Positions 18,725 through 27,737 of a stretch of DNA of 64,000 nucleotides are shown here, one piece after another. The stretch's first letter is position 1. Each line of letters opens with the position of its first letter. Source of the DNA: Escherichia phage VEc74; sequence record MT932213.1. One strand, 5' to 3'. The notes beneath the pieces are model-generated. The model was given only the letters and a program-made list of their open reading frames with translations, was not told where the DNA came from and searched no databases. Made by a program: the position numbers and the translations under genes.

Positions 18725-19738
18725 TCATTTATAATAACTTCGGTGGTTTTCAAGATAAACCTTCTCAAGGAAGTCATCCCAAAAACCCATGTCTACTTTT
18801 TGCTGCATACCGTTCTTAGAAGCTTCAGTAGATGCTGCTTCTACTTGATCGACCACATCTTCCAAAAACTCTTGAACCGTTTTAAATGGATGTTTACCCA
18901 ACTTCACGTCGAGAATAAATGGAGCGTCTTGAAGTGGATAAACCAAGTCACCAGTTTTGTAAATTTCCAATAGTTGAAGTCCACCACGACAAGCATGGCT
19001 CAGAGCTTTCCAGTCAATACCTTCGTTGGCTTCGGCCTTACGGGCACGTTCACCATATTCAGCATCTAATTTGTTCAGTGACTGCTTAAGCTCAATAAGA
19101 GAAAGCGTTGTCTGATATTTACGACCCAACACAGTGTAGAACGTTTGTGGGCCTGTTTTCTCATGATTATGGAACACCCATTCACAGAATTCGTTTTCTG
19201 GAAGACGATGCTTAATATCTTCAACTTTAGTACGACGCTGCTTAATGGAACCGTCTTCTTGGTAATCAACCCATTGCTCAGGGATTTGATTAACTACTTT
19301 CAATACATCACGTAATGCAGCCAAACGAGAACCCTTGACCCCGTATTTAGAAGCTTGCTTACGGACATATCCTAAATAGGATTTCATGTTAGTCGTATAA
19401 AAACGAGAACGGTTGTCTTGAATAAACTTCCACACATCAGGCAAATCAGATTTAACCATTAGTTCAGGTGGAGTGTGAAGCATATCTAATGCTACGGTTT
19501 CACCATCTGCTGCTAATTTAAAGAAATATTTAAGACTGTATAGTTCATGGTCAATATCATCTTTAGTGTTTTTAGATGATGTGTTGTTAGTGTTTTTACT
19601 CATGTGCTCTTTGACATTTCCGATAAGAATATCACGAGCAGGAGGAACAAAAATTTCTTTAAAATCTACATCAGATTCTGGGGTAGAAGTTCCATAAAGA
19701 TGACTACCAAAATAGCTTTTCATTACTGTTTTCATCAT
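18725..19738 (-). CDS. Pol-beta-superfamily nucleotidyltransferase
   Basis: GSHLYGTSTPESDVDF (G-S...D-x-D) nucleotidyltransferase signature plus downstream acidic residue (ETVALDMLH); 337 aa. Confidence 0.65.
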   Translation of the reverse strand: MMKTVMKSYFGSHLYGTSTPESDVDFKEIFVPPARDILIGNVKEHMSKNTNNTSSKNTKDDIDHELYSLKYFFKLAADGETVALDMLHTPPELMVKSDLPDVWKFIQDNRSRFYTTNMKSYLGYVRKQASKYGVKGSRLAALRDVLKVVNQIPEQWVDYQEDGSIKQRRTKVEDIKHRLPENEFCEWVFHNHEKTGPQTFYTVLGRKYQTTLSLIELKQSLNKLDAEYGERARKAEANEGIDWKALSHACRGGLQLLEIYKTGDLVYPLQDAPFILDVKLGKHPFKTVQEFLEDVVDQVEAASTEASKNGMQQKVDMGFWDDFLEKVYLENHRSYYK

Positions 19739-20196
19739 TCAGCCTTATATTCAATAACAGGACATACTTTAGCTTTACGAGCTTTTAAAAATTCGACGAT
19801 AATCGATTTCTTGGGTTGAATAGGAGGTAAACCTTTATACGCCCTATCAATATTTTCTACGTGTAAAGCATAATCCTTTTTCCATTTATAGTCTTTATAT
19901 TTTTCATGCAAATGTGCAGGAATAACAAATGAACCGATAATAAGTAAAACAACCAAAAGCGCAAGTATAAATGCCGATGGAAGAAGAGTCCATAAACTAC
20001 CGAAAATAAGCCAACGTTGTAGGCTTTCTGCACAAATAATTGTTAGCCCTACGAGTATAGCACACCCAAAAATAGAAACGAAAAATGTAGGAATGGCAAT
20101 AGACCAAAAATATGCGCATAGTGTCTTAGGTCGTTGCCATTCATCGTTAAACAATTTGAATAATTTATAGTGCCAAGAGTTTTCATTAATAATCAT
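19735..20196 (-). CDS. Integral membrane protein (multi-TM)
   Basis: Several long hydrophobic stretches (FWSIAIPTFFVSIFGCAILVGLTIICA; FILALLVVLLIIGSFVI). Confidence 0.5.
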   Translation of the reverse strand: MIINENSWHYKLFKLFNDEWQRPKTLCAYFWSIAIPTFFVSIFGCAILVGLTIICAESLQRWLIFGSLWTLLPSAFILALLVVLLIIGSFVIPAHLHEKYKDYKWKKDYALHVENIDRAYKGLPPIQPKKSIIVEFLKARKAKVCPVIEYKAE

Positions 20197-20198
20197 AA

Positions 20199-20720
20199 TT
20201 ATCCTTTCATTGAAGGCGTAACGGTTGTTAAATACTTAATCATAGCTTCAGCTTCTGATTTTGATAATGAAATTTCTCCATTGTTTTGACGAATAGAAAT
20301 AAAATCCGGATGACGGTCACCACCAGCTTTTAAAACACACATATAAGTATCAGTTTCATCTTCAATATCTGAAATGATTGAAGCAGTTCCACACGAATGT
20401 GGTTTTTGATAAATCAATACAGCTTTTCTTCCACCGTTTGACTGTTCATAAACTTTTAACACATCAAACAAATCACTTCTTTTATCAATAGCTAAGATGT
20501 TGTTTTCATCTTCAATATTAAATCCTTCGGATACTTCATAAAGTGTCACCCATAAATCACCTATATCGATAGTAGCATTTTCCTTTCCATGACTTTCAAG
20601 AGCATGACAAATTTTCTTAATTTCGTCATAACTCATTTTAATAATATCATCTCCTTGACTAAGGAAGATGTCATTTTTAAATTCAACACGAATTAAACCG
20701 CTTCCACTTGAAATAAACAT
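20199..20720 (-). CDS. Hypothetical protein, tandem paralog A
   Basis: C-terminus ISLSKSEAEAMIKYLTTVTPSM resembles that of 20727..21284. Confidence 0.55.
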   Translation of the reverse strand: MFISSGSGLIRVEFKNDIFLSQGDDIIKMSYDEIKKICHALESHGKENATIDIGDLWVTLYEVSEGFNIEDENNILAIDKRSDLFDVLKVYEQSNGGRKAVLIYQKPHSCGTASIISDIEDETDTYMCVLKAGGDRHPDFISIRQNNGEISLSKSEAEAMIKYLTTVTPSMKG

Positions 20721-20726
20721 ATTTCC

Positions 20727-21284
20727 TCACTTTGAAATCATAGTTGGAATAACAGAATCAAGATAAGTTTTTAGTGCAATAGCTTCGTCTTTGTTTAATG
20801 TAATGATATGTGATCGAAAATCGTCAATTTGACGAATAGATACTATATTTCCCTCTTCATAGCATTTTGACACATTTAAAATAGTTTCATCATTATGATT
20901 ACAGGAGTTAGTAATAATAGCATTACATTTTTTAAACCATTTTAAATTATGTTTTATTTTAGTAGAATCATAAAAATATTTAATGTTAGTTATAAAATTA
21001 TCCCAATTATTAATTGATAAGCACATTGACTCGCTTTTAATATTAAATCCTGGGCATGAAGAATAAAAATGAATTTTATGCTCATCATTAATGCTTACAA
21101 TTTTATCAGTGTAAGCATATTCAATTTGGGTTAAACGAACAATTTCGCTAAGCGTAAAATATAACATGTCATCTTCTTGCGTCAAACGATACATGTTATT
21201 TACTTTTTCTATAGCCAATTCACCAAAAAGTGGACTAACTTCTAATACTAATCGTTTCATATTGATTCTCTTCGACTCGCTCAC
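20727..21284 (-). CDS. Hypothetical protein, tandem paralog B (GTG start in ORF track)
   Basis: C-terminus ITLNKDEAIALKTYLDSVIPTM; AGGAG SD 9 nt upstream of GTG. Confidence 0.55.
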   Translation of the reverse strand: MSESKRINMKRLVLEVSPLFGELAIEKVNNMYRLTQEDDMLYFTLSEIVRLTQIEYAYTDKIVSINDEHKIHFYSSCPGFNIKSESMCLSINNWDNFITNIKYFYDSTKIKHNLKWFKKCNAIITNSCNHNDETILNVSKCYEEGNIVSIRQIDDFRSHIITLNKDEAIALKTYLDSVIPTMISK

Positions 21285-21414
21285 AATTACATACTCCTTT
21301 GAATAATATCAATAATGTTGTTCACCAAATTATAAGTAAACATTGGGTAATTATATTGAATCATCACATACACAACAAACAAAACTTTCATTCTCTTCTC
21401 CTTGGCAGTTGACA

Positions 21415-21451
21415 AGATTACTATACCATAACCTTGCCAACTTGTAAACCA
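21415..21451 (-). promoter_or_regulatory. T4-type early promoter
   Basis: minus-strand GTTTAC (plus 21444..21449) and TATAGT -10. Confidence 0.4.
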
Positions 21452-21625
21452 TTAAATGACGTTTTCAATAAAATTCTGAAGCTTTGTGTGAGCATCAACC
21501 ATGATTTTCATTTCTTCTTTGGCGAAAGCTGTACCTCTTTCCCGAGAAGAATATTCATAGTCAGAAACTGCATTAGCATATTCTTCAATTAGCTTCATTA
21601 AAAACATCTGCTTTTCAGTTTTCAT
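21452..21625 (-). CDS. Hypothetical small protein (57 aa)
   Basis: MKTEKQMFLMKLIEEYANAVSDYEY...; not in ORF track (<60 aa). Confidence 0.35.
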   Translation of the reverse strand: MKTEKQMFLMKLIEEYANAVSDYEYSSRERGTAFAKEEMKIMVDAHTKLQNFIENVI

Positions 21626-21809
21626 TATTCCACCTAATCATTTCAAGATATTGAACTAACTTAGCTTTAGATTTGTCCAAATCCTTTTTAGTTGCTTCTA
21701 TACCGTCGTATGAATATCCTTCACAATGCTCAACTGCCAATTGATATGAATCTATTTCAATATCACGTGCTAATTTAATGATTTTTTCAAACTGTTCACG
21801 TGTTAGCAT
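21615..21809 (-). CDS. Hypothetical small protein
   Basis: ORF track. Confidence 0.45.
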   Translation of the reverse strand: MLTREQFEKIIKLARDIEIDSYQLAVEHCEGYSYDGIEATKKDLDKSKAKLVQYLEMIRWNNEN

Positions 21810-21811
21810 AC

Positions 21812-22051
21812 TTAAACTCTCGTATTATGATCGATAATTTCATCAAGAAACATATCTAACGCTTCTAAAGCATTATCCACTTTAGTTTCAAAGTCTTTAA
21901 TGCCTTTATTCGAAATACCCGATGAATACCAAGCAAAGTCAATCAGCTCTTCATCTGCTTTACGAATTAAAGCTACCAATTCCTTAATTTTATCCGCTTG
22001 TTCGATACTAATCATTATTCCACCACATATGAAAGAGAGAATATTGCACAC
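21812..22051 (-). CDS. Hypothetical small protein
   Basis: ORF track. Confidence 0.45.
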
Positions 22052-22203
22052 GCCATGTGAGTTGCAACTTCATCACACATATTATAACGTTTCTTGAGAA
22101 GTTCTACAAGTTCTTCACTAGTAACTTCATCCATGTCGACGAAAAAATCACCATTAATGATGACGTAGATATTTCCTTCTTGATTAAGTGCTTCAATTTT
22201 CAT
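22015..22203 (-). CDS. Hypothetical small protein (start at ATG 22203 with GAGGAG SD)
   Basis: ORF track trimmed; [21 protein letters not shown]... Confidence 0.45.
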
Positions 22204-22225
22204 GATGTTCTCCTCTTTATCCGAT

Positions 22226-22263
22226 GGTTGTATAGTACCACAGCTCAAACGGAAAGTAAACCG
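22226..22263 (-). promoter_or_regulatory. T4-type early promoter
   Basis: minus-strand GTTTAC (plus 22256..22261), TGGTACTATAC. Confidence 0.45.
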
Positions 22264-22271
22264 GTAAAATG

Positions 22272-22294
22272 AAAAAAGTCTCCCGAAGGAGACT
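22272..22294 (-). terminator. Rho-independent terminator
   Basis: agtctcc-ttcg-ggagact hairpin plus U-tract on minus strand after stop of 22299..22685. Confidence 0.5.
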
Positions 22295-22298
22295 AATG

Positions 22299-22685
22299 TT
22301 ATTCGAGGGAAAGAAGATACTTACTTTGGTAAAACATTCCAGTAATATCATCTATCGTGCTTTGAATGGCTGGAGGCATTTCTTTATAAATGCTGTTAGA
22401 TTGATCTAGTATGTGATCAATCATTTTAATTGTGTCGGTAGGAAGTTTACTGGCATCTGGAATTGAAGGTGTGTATTTTCTACCAGAATACCCCAAATAT
22501 TGCTCACCAAATTTATCAATCAAATCTGGCAACTCGGAGAAAATAAAATCGTATGCTTTGTGTCTAGCATAACTTTTAGTTTCAAAATGTGCAGAATGAA
22601 AATAAGCTTGTGCAGCCATTAATAAACCTAAGTATTCATCTGCCTTTGAAGGTTTTCCACTTTGTGAAAAGTCGCTGAATTTCAT
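22299..22685 (-). CDS. Hypothetical protein
   Basis: ORF track, 128 aa. Confidence 0.5.
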
Positions 22686-22975
22686 TCAGTCTCCAATTTA
22701 ATGTTCATAATTCTAGCGTATGATTGTGCCATCTCCGCGCCTCGCTCTATACATTCAAAATCAGAAGAGCACGGGTCATTTTTATAGGTCGTTCTCATAA
22801 AACTATAGAATTGTTCAGACGATTCTACGCTTTTATTTTCAAAAAGCATATAAACGTGCCTAATACCAGATTCCATAAATTTATCAAAATGAGGATCGAC
22901 ATTCGCTTCAATCGATGGAGATAAAACAAATGACAATCCTAGCATGGCAAATAGTGCCGTTGCTTTTAAGGCCAT
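22682..22975 (-). CDS. rI: Lysis-inhibition regulator rI (secreted/periplasmic)
   Basis: 97 aa with N-terminal signal-anchor MALKATALFAMLGLSFVLSPSIEA; position upstream of tk as in T4. Confidence 0.7.
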   Translation of the reverse strand: MALKATALFAMLGLSFVLSPSIEANVDPHFDKFMESGIRHVYMLFENKSVESSEQFYSFMRTTYKNDPCSSDFECIERGAEMAQSYARIMNIKLETE

Positions 22976-22987
22976 AAAGGCCTCCTA

Positions 22988-23200
22988 TCATTTTTGTCCT
23001 GTATTTACTTTATGCCGATGCACGGCCTTAACTTTATCAAGGTATTTTTCAAAATTTCGCAATCTAGTATAGTCTGCCGGAGATTGGTTGAGTGATACTT
23101 CTCGACGCAAAGCTGAAATGATATTTCCAACTTCCCTACGAATTTCATCTAATTGAAGCACAGTAAGATTGCGAAGTTGCTTTTCAGTTAATTGTAGCAT
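22988..23200 (-). CDS. Hypothetical protein (rI.1 position)
   Basis: ORF track. Confidence 0.5.
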
Positions 23201-23242
23201 ATATACCCCTTTAGTTAGATAAACCTATTTATAACTTTTGCA

Positions 23243-23824
23243 CTAACCGAGCTTTTTAGTTAATTCATTCCAATGTTTTCTACACAAAGAAACATAAATT
23301 TCATCGCCAATACAGATTTGATTACCTTCTTTAACTGGTGTTCCATCTTCCATTAATCGAGCTGTCATAATCGCTTTTTTACCACAATGACAAACTGCTT
23401 TTAGTTCAATAAGTTTATCTGCAATCGCTAAAAGTTCTTTAGAACCTTCAAATAATTTTCCAGCGAAATCAGTCCTTAGCCCATAAGCCATAACAGGAAC
23501 ATTATATGTATCAACAATTCGACTTAATTGATGCACTTGTTCAGTTTTTAAAAACTGAGCTTCATCTACAAATACGCAATGAATATCTTTTTGTGCTTCA
23601 GCCCATTTATAGAACTCGAAAATATCCATATCATCTGTAATAATATTCGCTTCCTGCTTAATTCCAATGCGAGAAACGACTTCACAGACAGAATCGCGAG
23701 TATCAATAGCAGGCTTAAGAACTAATACACTCATTCCACGCTCTTTATAATTATGCGCAGCAGTCAAAAGAGAAGCAGATTTTCCAGCATTCATTGCTGC
23801 ATAAGTAAAAATTAAACTCGCCAT
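23243..23824 (-). CDS. tk: Thymidine kinase
   Basis: 193 aa; P-loop YAAMNAGKS and C-terminal Cys cluster (CHCGKK...C...C). Confidence 0.9.
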   Translation of the reverse strand: MASLIFTYAAMNAGKSASLLTAAHNYKERGMSVLVLKPAIDTRDSVCEVVSRIGIKQEANIITDDMDIFEFYKWAEAQKDIHCVFVDEAQFLKTEQVHQLSRIVDTYNVPVMAYGLRTDFAGKLFEGSKELLAIADKLIELKAVCHCGKKAIMTARLMEDGTPVKEGNQICIGDEIYVSLCRKHWNELTKKLG

Positions 23825-23825
23825 C

Positions 23826-24014
23826 TTAGTCCTTAGTTAAATTTTCTAAATATGTTTCTAAATCATTTTCAGCTTTATCGATAGATTTTACTAATTCGTA
23901 ATATGTTTCGGCATCTCCATAATCAGAAGATAATTCAAAAGACAAATCCTTTTCTAAACTAATAATTTCACCAACTAAAAATAATATTTCGTTCTTTTGT
24001 TCGCGAGTAATCAT
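23826..24014 (-). CDS. Hypothetical acidic small protein (tk.1 position)
   Basis: ORF track. Confidence 0.45.
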   Translation of the reverse strand: MITREQKNEILFLVGEIISLEKDLSFELSSDYGDAETYYELVKSIDKAENDLETYLENLTKD

Positions 24015-24202
24015 AAGGAATTTATATAATCAATGAGTTCTTGTTCTTTATTATCGAATTCTTTAGAAAGTTCTTCATACTCGTTTGCACTAAAAGGACC
24101 ACATTCATTACAAACTTTTTCCAATTCACTATTTTTATCCATAACTTCGTGGATAAGAGAAAAGAGTTTGTCTTTTTGTTCTTTGCTTAAACTCATAACC
24201 AT
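24011..24202 (-). CDS. Hypothetical acidic small protein (tk.2 position)
   Basis: ORF track; resembles preceding ORF in composition. Confidence 0.45.
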   Translation of the reverse strand: MVMSLSKEQKDKLFSLIHEVMDKNSELEKVCNECGPFSANEYEELSKEFDNKEQELIDYINSL

Positions 24203-24420
24203 GTCACCTTTAAGCAGTATTCTTCTACATGCTGTTTACGACCTTTCTTATCAATAAAGGTATATTCAACGAATGTTCCAATGTAGTCTTTATCTACATC
24301 ATGTGGACTATTAATTGGACATTTAGTGCGACAAATGCGTTCCCATTGACGAATAATTACTGCCTTATTCTTTGGGTCATATGGATGTGGATAATGTATA
24401 TTCATAATAATGGTTCCCAA
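24193..24420 (-). CDS. Hypothetical small protein (tk.3 position)
   Basis: ORF track. Confidence 0.45.
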   Translation of the reverse strand: MGTIIMNIHYPHPYDPKNKAVIIRQWERICRTKCPINSPHDVDKDYIGTFVEYTFIDKKGRKQHVEEYCLKVTWL

Positions 24421-24869
24421 TCAACAATCACAATTTCTAATTTAGAGGAATACGTATCTAAAATCCCCTCAATAATATCCCAGTTCCCTTTACCTATGCC
24501 TGCACCAATCCTAGGCATATAGATTGTAGGTTTAATCAGTTTATTTTCACCGAACTCATTTAATTCTAACATACAATTCATTAAAGCGGAATATTCAAAA
24601 TGAGGTCCTGGTTGAAATTGAGTATAAAGATTAAAGCAGTAAGCTTTATGAGTCCTAAAGTATTTTTCATAAACTGAGTAAGAACCAAGTTTAGTTACAT
24701 CACCCCATTCAGTCTGTAATTTATCAGCTTCCAAAATTTTAGGGAAAGCTTTGGTTAATTGACCCGCTACGCCTGAACCCATAGTATGAAAACAATTGCA
24801 TCCATGCGCAATATTTTTACCTTCAGCGAAAAGGGCGACAATATCGCCCTTGATATATTTTACAATCAT
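24402..24869 (-). CDS. Macro-domain protein (putative ADP-ribose binding/hydrolase)
   Basis: 155 aa; Gly-rich loops AHGCNCFHTMGSGVAGQL and PRIGAGIGKG typical of macro domains. Confidence 0.55.
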   Translation of the reverse strand: MIVKYIKGDIVALFAEGKNIAHGCNCFHTMGSGVAGQLTKAFPKILEADKLQTEWGDVTKLGSYSVYEKYFRTHKAYCFNLYTQFQPGPHFEYSALMNCMLELNEFGENKLIKPTIYMPRIGAGIGKGNWDIIEGILDTYSSKLEIVIVDWEPLL

Positions 24870-25213
24870 CTAGTACTCAATCCTCGATTATAAGAATCTA
24901 CCAAACGGTCAACCATTGAATGACAAGCGGCTTTATCTTTCTCCTCCGCAACTGAACATTCTAAAGTATTCCACTTTTTAGCATATCGTTTTAATAATGT
25001 ATCGTTTTTGTATCTGCTTGATTTATCTCTTTCTCCGTCTTTATATGCATATATTAATTTCTGTGCAAATTCAGCTTGGCATGCTTTATTTTTCCCACAA
25101 TAATCTGCCGCAGTGCGGTTTACATATTCTCTAATTTCAGTATATGATGTATCTGCTGACGCAGAAGCAGAAAATGAAATTAATCCTATACATAAAACCA
25201 AAATTTTAGTCAT
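24866..25213 (-). CDS. Secreted Cys-containing protein at the T4 vs position
   Basis: 115 aa; signal peptide MTKILVLCIGLISFSASASA; assignment to vs is by position only. Confidence 0.45.
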   Translation of the reverse strand: MTKILVLCIGLISFSASASADTSYTEIREYVNRTAADYCGKNKACQAEFAQKLIYAYKDGERDKSSRYKNDTLLKRYAKKWNTLECSVAEEKDKAACHSMVDRLVDSYNRGLSTR

Positions 25214-25751
25214 TTACTATTTCCAAAAGTTTATTATTTTTAAGGTAATTAGCCTTTTCTAGGACTTCAGAAGCATATTTAGAACCAGCTTTAACATTCC
25301 ATCCCGAATTATAAGAGGATATTGCTTTTCTTATATCGCCCTTATGTATATTTAACCAATAAGAAAGTTCAATGTACGCCCAGGAAGCTGAATTGGATCG
25401 TTTATTCAACATTCTTTTTATTTCAGCATCGGTCATATTATAACCAAGTTCCTTAACTCTCGCTCGCATAGTAGGCAAATAATTTTGGAACATTCCATAA
25501 GCGTGATGCTTTGGTTTAGATTTTAAATTAACTCCGCCAGAGCTTTCTTGCCATAAAATAGCAGCCATTATATGACCTAATCCGCTCTTGTGGATATTTT
25601 TATGTGTTTTATATTTTCCATCCTTAGAAAATTGTTCCCCGAATTGATACGCGTAACGCATGTTATCGAGTTGGACATTACTGAAAGTATGCTCGGAGCT
25701 ATGTGCCATCATTGAAATGGCCAATAGACCAGCGAGTAGTGCTTTTCTCAT
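25206..25751 (-). CDS. Secreted lytic-transglycosylase-like (SLT) protein
   Basis: Signal peptide MRKALLAGLLAISMMAHS; SLT-like catalytic region ILWQESSGG ... YGMFQN. Confidence 0.6.
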   Translation of the reverse strand: MRKALLAGLLAISMMAHSSEHTFSNVQLDNMRYAYQFGEQFSKDGKYKTHKNIHKSGLGHIMAAILWQESSGGVNLKSKPKHHAYGMFQNYLPTMRARVKELGYNMTDAEIKRMLNKRSNSASWAYIELSYWLNIHKGDIRKAISSYNSGWNVKAGSKYASEVLEKANYLKNNKLLEIVND

Positions 25752-25758
25752 GCTTACC

Positions 25759-26220
25759 TCATTGAGTTTTAATTACTGCTTTAGAAGCCTTTCCTGGTAA
25801 ACGACGACTGTTAATAATTGCCATCCTGCATTGAAGCGACGGGTCTTTGAACTTCGCATTAGGTTTACAAACTGTAAATCCAAGCCAAAGATTTCCATCT
25901 GTGATTTCTAAACGTCCAGGACGATATTCAACCCCATCAATAAAATCCTCGTCAATGTCAGGACGCGGAGGCATACTCAGGAATTCATTAACTTCTAAAA
26001 CATGGTCTTTTATTTTATGGAATAATTCAAAAACGTATGTCTCATCAATCTCCCGTTGAATTGCGCGATCAAGAAGATGCTGAGAATATTTTAGATGAAA
26101 CGATGAGACTCCTGCTGCTTTTGACGCCTCACGAATCTCATTGTTAATTTGACGAAACTCCGACTCAAAGTGACGACGAAGCTTATTTCGACGGATAAAA
26201 ACTTCTGTATTGATAGTCAT
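25759..26220 (-). CDS. regB: Site-specific RNA endonuclease RegB
   Basis: 153 aa matching T4 RegB as I recall it; preceded by early promoter. Confidence 0.8.
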   Translation of the reverse strand: MTINTEVFIRRNKLRRHFESEFRQINNEIREASKAAGVSSFHLKYSQHLLDRAIQREIDETYVFELFHKIKDHVLEVNEFLSMPPRPDIDEDFIDGVEYRPGRLEITDGNLWLGFTVCKPNAKFKDPSLQCRMAIINSRRLPGKASKAVIKTQ

Positions 26221-26244
26221 GTTATTCTCCTCTTAACTGATAGA

Positions 26245-26279
26245 AAAATTATACCACAGTCAAGAGGAAAAGTAAACAG
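26245..26279 (-). promoter_or_regulatory. T4-type early promoter (regB)
   Basis: minus-strand GTTTAC (plus 26272..26277), TGGTATAAT, GAGGAG SD. Confidence 0.5.
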
Positions 26280-26600
26280 TTATTCTTTAAATCTAATCAA
26301 TTTATTCATAGACTTTGAAACTTCGGCACGAACCTCATGTAGATTTTTGAGCTGTTCAAGACGCTGCGTATAGTAAGCAATTTCATCTTCTTCGAGACAG
26401 TCCTGTGAATCTTCTTTAAGATAACGTGCATAGTCCTGGAAAGCTTTACGGACTACTTCCTGGAAGTCATCAAGACTTTGAATTTTCTTAGGAGCAACAG
26501 ATACACGACGAGGGGCAGTATAATACTCATAACCAAACCCTGCGCTTAATTGAGCCATTAGTATTTTTCCTCTGGTTGGAACACTGCACGACAAGCCCAC
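26280..26600 (-). CDS. Hypothetical protein (vs.3 position)
   Basis: ORF track. Confidence 0.5.
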   Translation of the reverse strand: MGLSCSVPTRGKILMAQLSAGFGYEYYTAPRRVSVAPKKIQSLDDFQEVVRKAFQDYARYLKEDSQDCLEEDEIAYYTQRLEQLKNLHEVRAEVSKSMNKLIRFKE

Positions 26601-26860
26601 ATACTGGCTTCTTTGAGTTTCGTTTTAGCAATAGTTAACTGATCGAGGCTTTCGGCGTAATTCTTCGCGAGTTCATCATCTTCACAGCTATCAAATGCTT
26701 CCCAAAATTCATCGTATAAAGCATCAAAGATAAGTCCTAAACGAACTTCAGCGTCTTTAATAGCATTTACTTTACCGATTTTTTCGTCGGTATGTGGCTT
26801 ATAACCTTTAATATCTTCAATCATATTTGACTTCCTCACCAGTACATAAATCGTATTCAA
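26558..26860 (-). CDS. Hypothetical protein at the vs.4 position (possible Acb2-family cyclic-nucleotide sponge; assignment by synteny only)
   Basis: Fourth ORF after regB in a block collinear with T4 regB-vs.3-vs.4...; start uncertain. Confidence 0.4.
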   Translation of the reverse strand: MNTIYVLVRKSNMIEDIKGYKPHTDEKIGKVNAIKDAEVRLGLIFDALYDEFWEAFDSCEDDELAKNYAESLDQLTIAKTKLKEASMWACRAVFQPEEKY

Positions 26861-27038
26861 CTAAACGAATAGGTTCATGAATGCCATATCCCTGAACAGA
26901 AATTTCTGTAGTAGGATAAATTCCATTAATATCACCCATGTTCCATGCTTCGTTAAATTGCTGTTCGCCTGAATTACTAAACCATTCGGCGAAAGCATTT
27001 AGCACATCTTCAGAACCTTCAATAATTATCTTTGCCAT
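26817..27038 (-). CDS. Hypothetical small acidic protein (vs.5 position)
   Basis: ORF track. Confidence 0.45.
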   Translation of the reverse strand: MAKIIIEGSEDVLNAFAEWFSNSGEQQFNEAWNMGDINGIYPTTEISVQGYGIHEPIRLVEYDLCTGEEVKYD

Positions 27039-27400
27039 TACAAACTCTCGGTAAAGGTACGAGCGATAACATCGCGCTGCTGTTCCGGAGTCAGAGAGTT
27101 AAAGCGAACTGCATAACCGGATACACGAATGGTCAGCTGCGGATATTTTTCCGGATGCTTAACTGCATCTTCCAGAGTTTCACGACGCAGAACGTTAACG
27201 TTCAGGTGTTGACCACCTTCAATTTTAACTGTAGGCTGTGGCTCAATTTCAATTTCACGGGCATGCAAACCATAGAAAATTTCTGGGTCTACAAAAGAGT
27301 CCTCTTTAAAGGTTTTAGAAACGATAATTCGTGCTTGAATACCATCTTCAAAATAAATAGTACCTTTATGTGTGCCTTCAAGAATTTGATATGCTTTCAT
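27038..27400 (-). CDS. Autonomous glycyl-radical cofactor (GrcA/YfiD-like)
   Basis: 120 aa ending with glycyl-radical signature [26 protein letters not shown]. Confidence 0.8.
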   Translation of the reverse strand: MKAYQILEGTHKGTIYFEDGIQARIIVSKTFKEDSFVDPEIFYGLHAREIEIEPQPTVKIEGGQHLNVNVLRRETLEDAVKHPEKYPQLTIRVSGYAVRFNSLTPEQQRDVIARTFTESL

Positions 27401-27407
27401 ATAAACC

Positions 27408-27737
27408 TCAATTAGAAAATAAATTTATCCAAGATTGTTCTTTAATTAAAAATGGCTCAGAATCATATGCCATTAAACTCTGTGTGATTAGTCCTTTAAA
27501 AGGCCCATCAATAAATTCCATGGTAAAATATGGAATTTTATTCATTAGCCGTGCATTAGGAGCAGTGCACAAAACTCTGCATCCTTTGAATACACCTTTT
27601 TGTAATTTGTATTGTTTGGGATAAAATTCGCTTAAAATGTTGTTATTTGCCAAAATTTCAAAATGATTCACCAATTTATTTTTAATAGTTTTTGGCGAAA
27701 AATAAAGATATTCGAAAAGCTGAGTGTCTGTCATCAT
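27408..27737 (-). CDS. Hypothetical protein (vs.7 position)
   Basis: ORF track trimmed to internal ATG. Confidence 0.4.
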   Translation of the reverse strand: MMTDTQLFEYLYFSPKTIKNKLVNHFEILANNNILSEFYPKQYKLQKGVFKGCRVLCTAPNARLMNKIPYFTMEFIDGPFKGLITQSLMAYDSEPFLIKEQSWINLFSN

